From positions 1 through 55,456 of the IMG/VR virus record IMGVR_UViG_3300025674_000051: a stretch of 55,456 nt of DNA. One strand, given 5' to 3'. This document shows, in pieces, positions 54,545 to 55,456 of the stretch. Positions within the stretch are counted from its first letter, which is position 1, and the number at the start of each line of letters is the position of its first letter. Origin of the DNA: a virus (taxonomy: Duplodnaviria > Caudoviricetes). Made by a program: the position numbers and the translations under genes. The notes under the pieces are model-generated. The model did not search any database. It saw nothing but the letters and a program-made list of their open reading frames with translations, and was not told the DNA's origin.

Positions 54545-55456
54545 TTAGCTGAAGCTTAGGTTACCTGAAGTAACTTCTACTTTTTCTAGGTAGTCAGCTG
54601 CGTTACCAAGTGACGAAGCTGTGTTTGATAGTTCCACATAACCGTAACGAGTCATGAAGCTCACGACTGGCTCGAATGTATCTGGATCTAGAACAACACC
54701 ACTGCTCATTAACGGAATGTATGGGCAGTAGAACGCTGCTGCGTCTGATTCTGATGAACCTTTGTAACCAACAAGTACATCGTCGTCGTCTGCATATGTG
54801 TTAACATAAATGCGCATTGCGTTGTTTAGTGTACCAACCATTTTTGTGTTTGTTGGTGCTTCAAATGAACCTTCAGTTGTACGTGCAAACGCTGAAGTTG
54901 TTGCTGATTGTAGTACAGTTAAGATTGCTGGTGATACAACTGCCCAGTTACCTGCACCACGGCGTGTACGCTGTGCAATGCGGTTTGCTGCACGGTTAAC
55001 TAGAACCGCTAGTGCTGCATGTTCGTCACCGACGAATGTTGCTGTACCAGAAACTGCTGCTTGGTTGTATGTATCTGTACCTGTGCCTGCTAGTGTGCTT
55101 AGGCTACGTAGTACTTCTTGGTCGATTTCAGCAGTAATCTCTTGAGCAAGTGCTGCCATGATTTCTGCTTCTACGTCGATACCATGCTGTGACTGAGCGT
55201 CTTGAGCTGCTTCGAATGTCCAACGTGCGCTTAGTTTGCGTGATTTGGCTTCGACTGTTTGCTTTAAGATCTGAATGCTTAGTCTGTTACCACGAGCGCC
55301 TTCAAGTGCTGATGTTGCTGCTGCTTTATCGTCAGCTGCACCAGAATAACCTTCAGCAATTTTGAATGGGCTAAGAGCTTCATCACCTGCTGCGGTATCT
55401 GTTCCACTTGATGAGTTGAATGCGTCTGCATAACGAACTCTCAATGTGTGGATTTG
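54545..55456 (-). CDS. Major capsid protein (gp23-like); 5' end outside the window
   Basis: Frame open to the window edge (QIHTLRVRY); VEAKSRKL.A.WT.E.AQD, EI.AEID, RTRRG.GN, VGYKG, FYCPYIP and FMTRYG. Confidence 0.97.
   Translation of the reverse strand, partial: QIHTLRVRYADAFNSSSGTDTAAGDEALSPFKIAEGYSGAADDKAAATSALEGARGNRLSIQILKQTVEAKSRKLSARWTFEAAQDAQSQHGIDVEAEIMAALAQEITAEIDQEVLRSLSTLAGTGTDTYNQAAVSGTATFVGDEHAALAVLVNRAANRIAQRTRRGAGNWAVVSPAILTVLQSATTSAFARTTEGSFEAPTNTKMVGTLNNAMRIYVNTYADDDDVLVGYKGSSESDAAAFYCPYIPLMSSGVVLDPDTFEPVVSFMTRYGYVELSNTASSLGNAADYLEKVEVTSGNLSFS

Noticed and set aside
1-55456. Stop-codon reassignment
   Set aside because: Very long ORFs are intact in the standard code, and TAA, TAG and TGA each end genes at sensible boundaries.

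Overview
This window is part of a large, AT-rich, T4-like (myovirus-type) bacteriophage genome, probably aquatic; almost all genes are on the minus strand. From left to right it carries: a sugar-nucleotide/methyltransferase cassette; uvsY-, uvsX- and gp32-like recombination genes; large and small terminase; probable internal head proteins; gp4; tail tube and sheath; a dNMP kinase; neck and tail-terminator genes (gp14, gp15 and a Nudix gene inverted relative to gp13); a glycosyltransferase operon including a 2005-aa tandem-repeat protein; a beta-propeller adhesin candidate; two giant paralogous virion proteins (3926 and 3101 aa); a promoter- and terminator-bounded ORF-free transcript; two accessory enzymes; and the 3' part of the major capsid gene. 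The most notable observations are: (1) 13 globin-sized repeats in the two giant virion proteins, each with a C-x-R/K-D motif in register with the bilin-binding Cys84 helix of phycobiliproteins, suggesting a possibly bilin-decorated virion; (2) a ~245-nt structured ncRNA candidate; (3) a protein with 15 degenerate glycosyltransferase-derived repeats ending in one intact DxD domain; (4) repeated placement of late promoters (TAAATA) 4-5 nt before an ATG, implying leaderless late mRNAs; (5) a candidate H-type pseudoknot in the gp32 leader. All calls come from manual motif reading and recalled family motifs; no database searches or folding programs were run.
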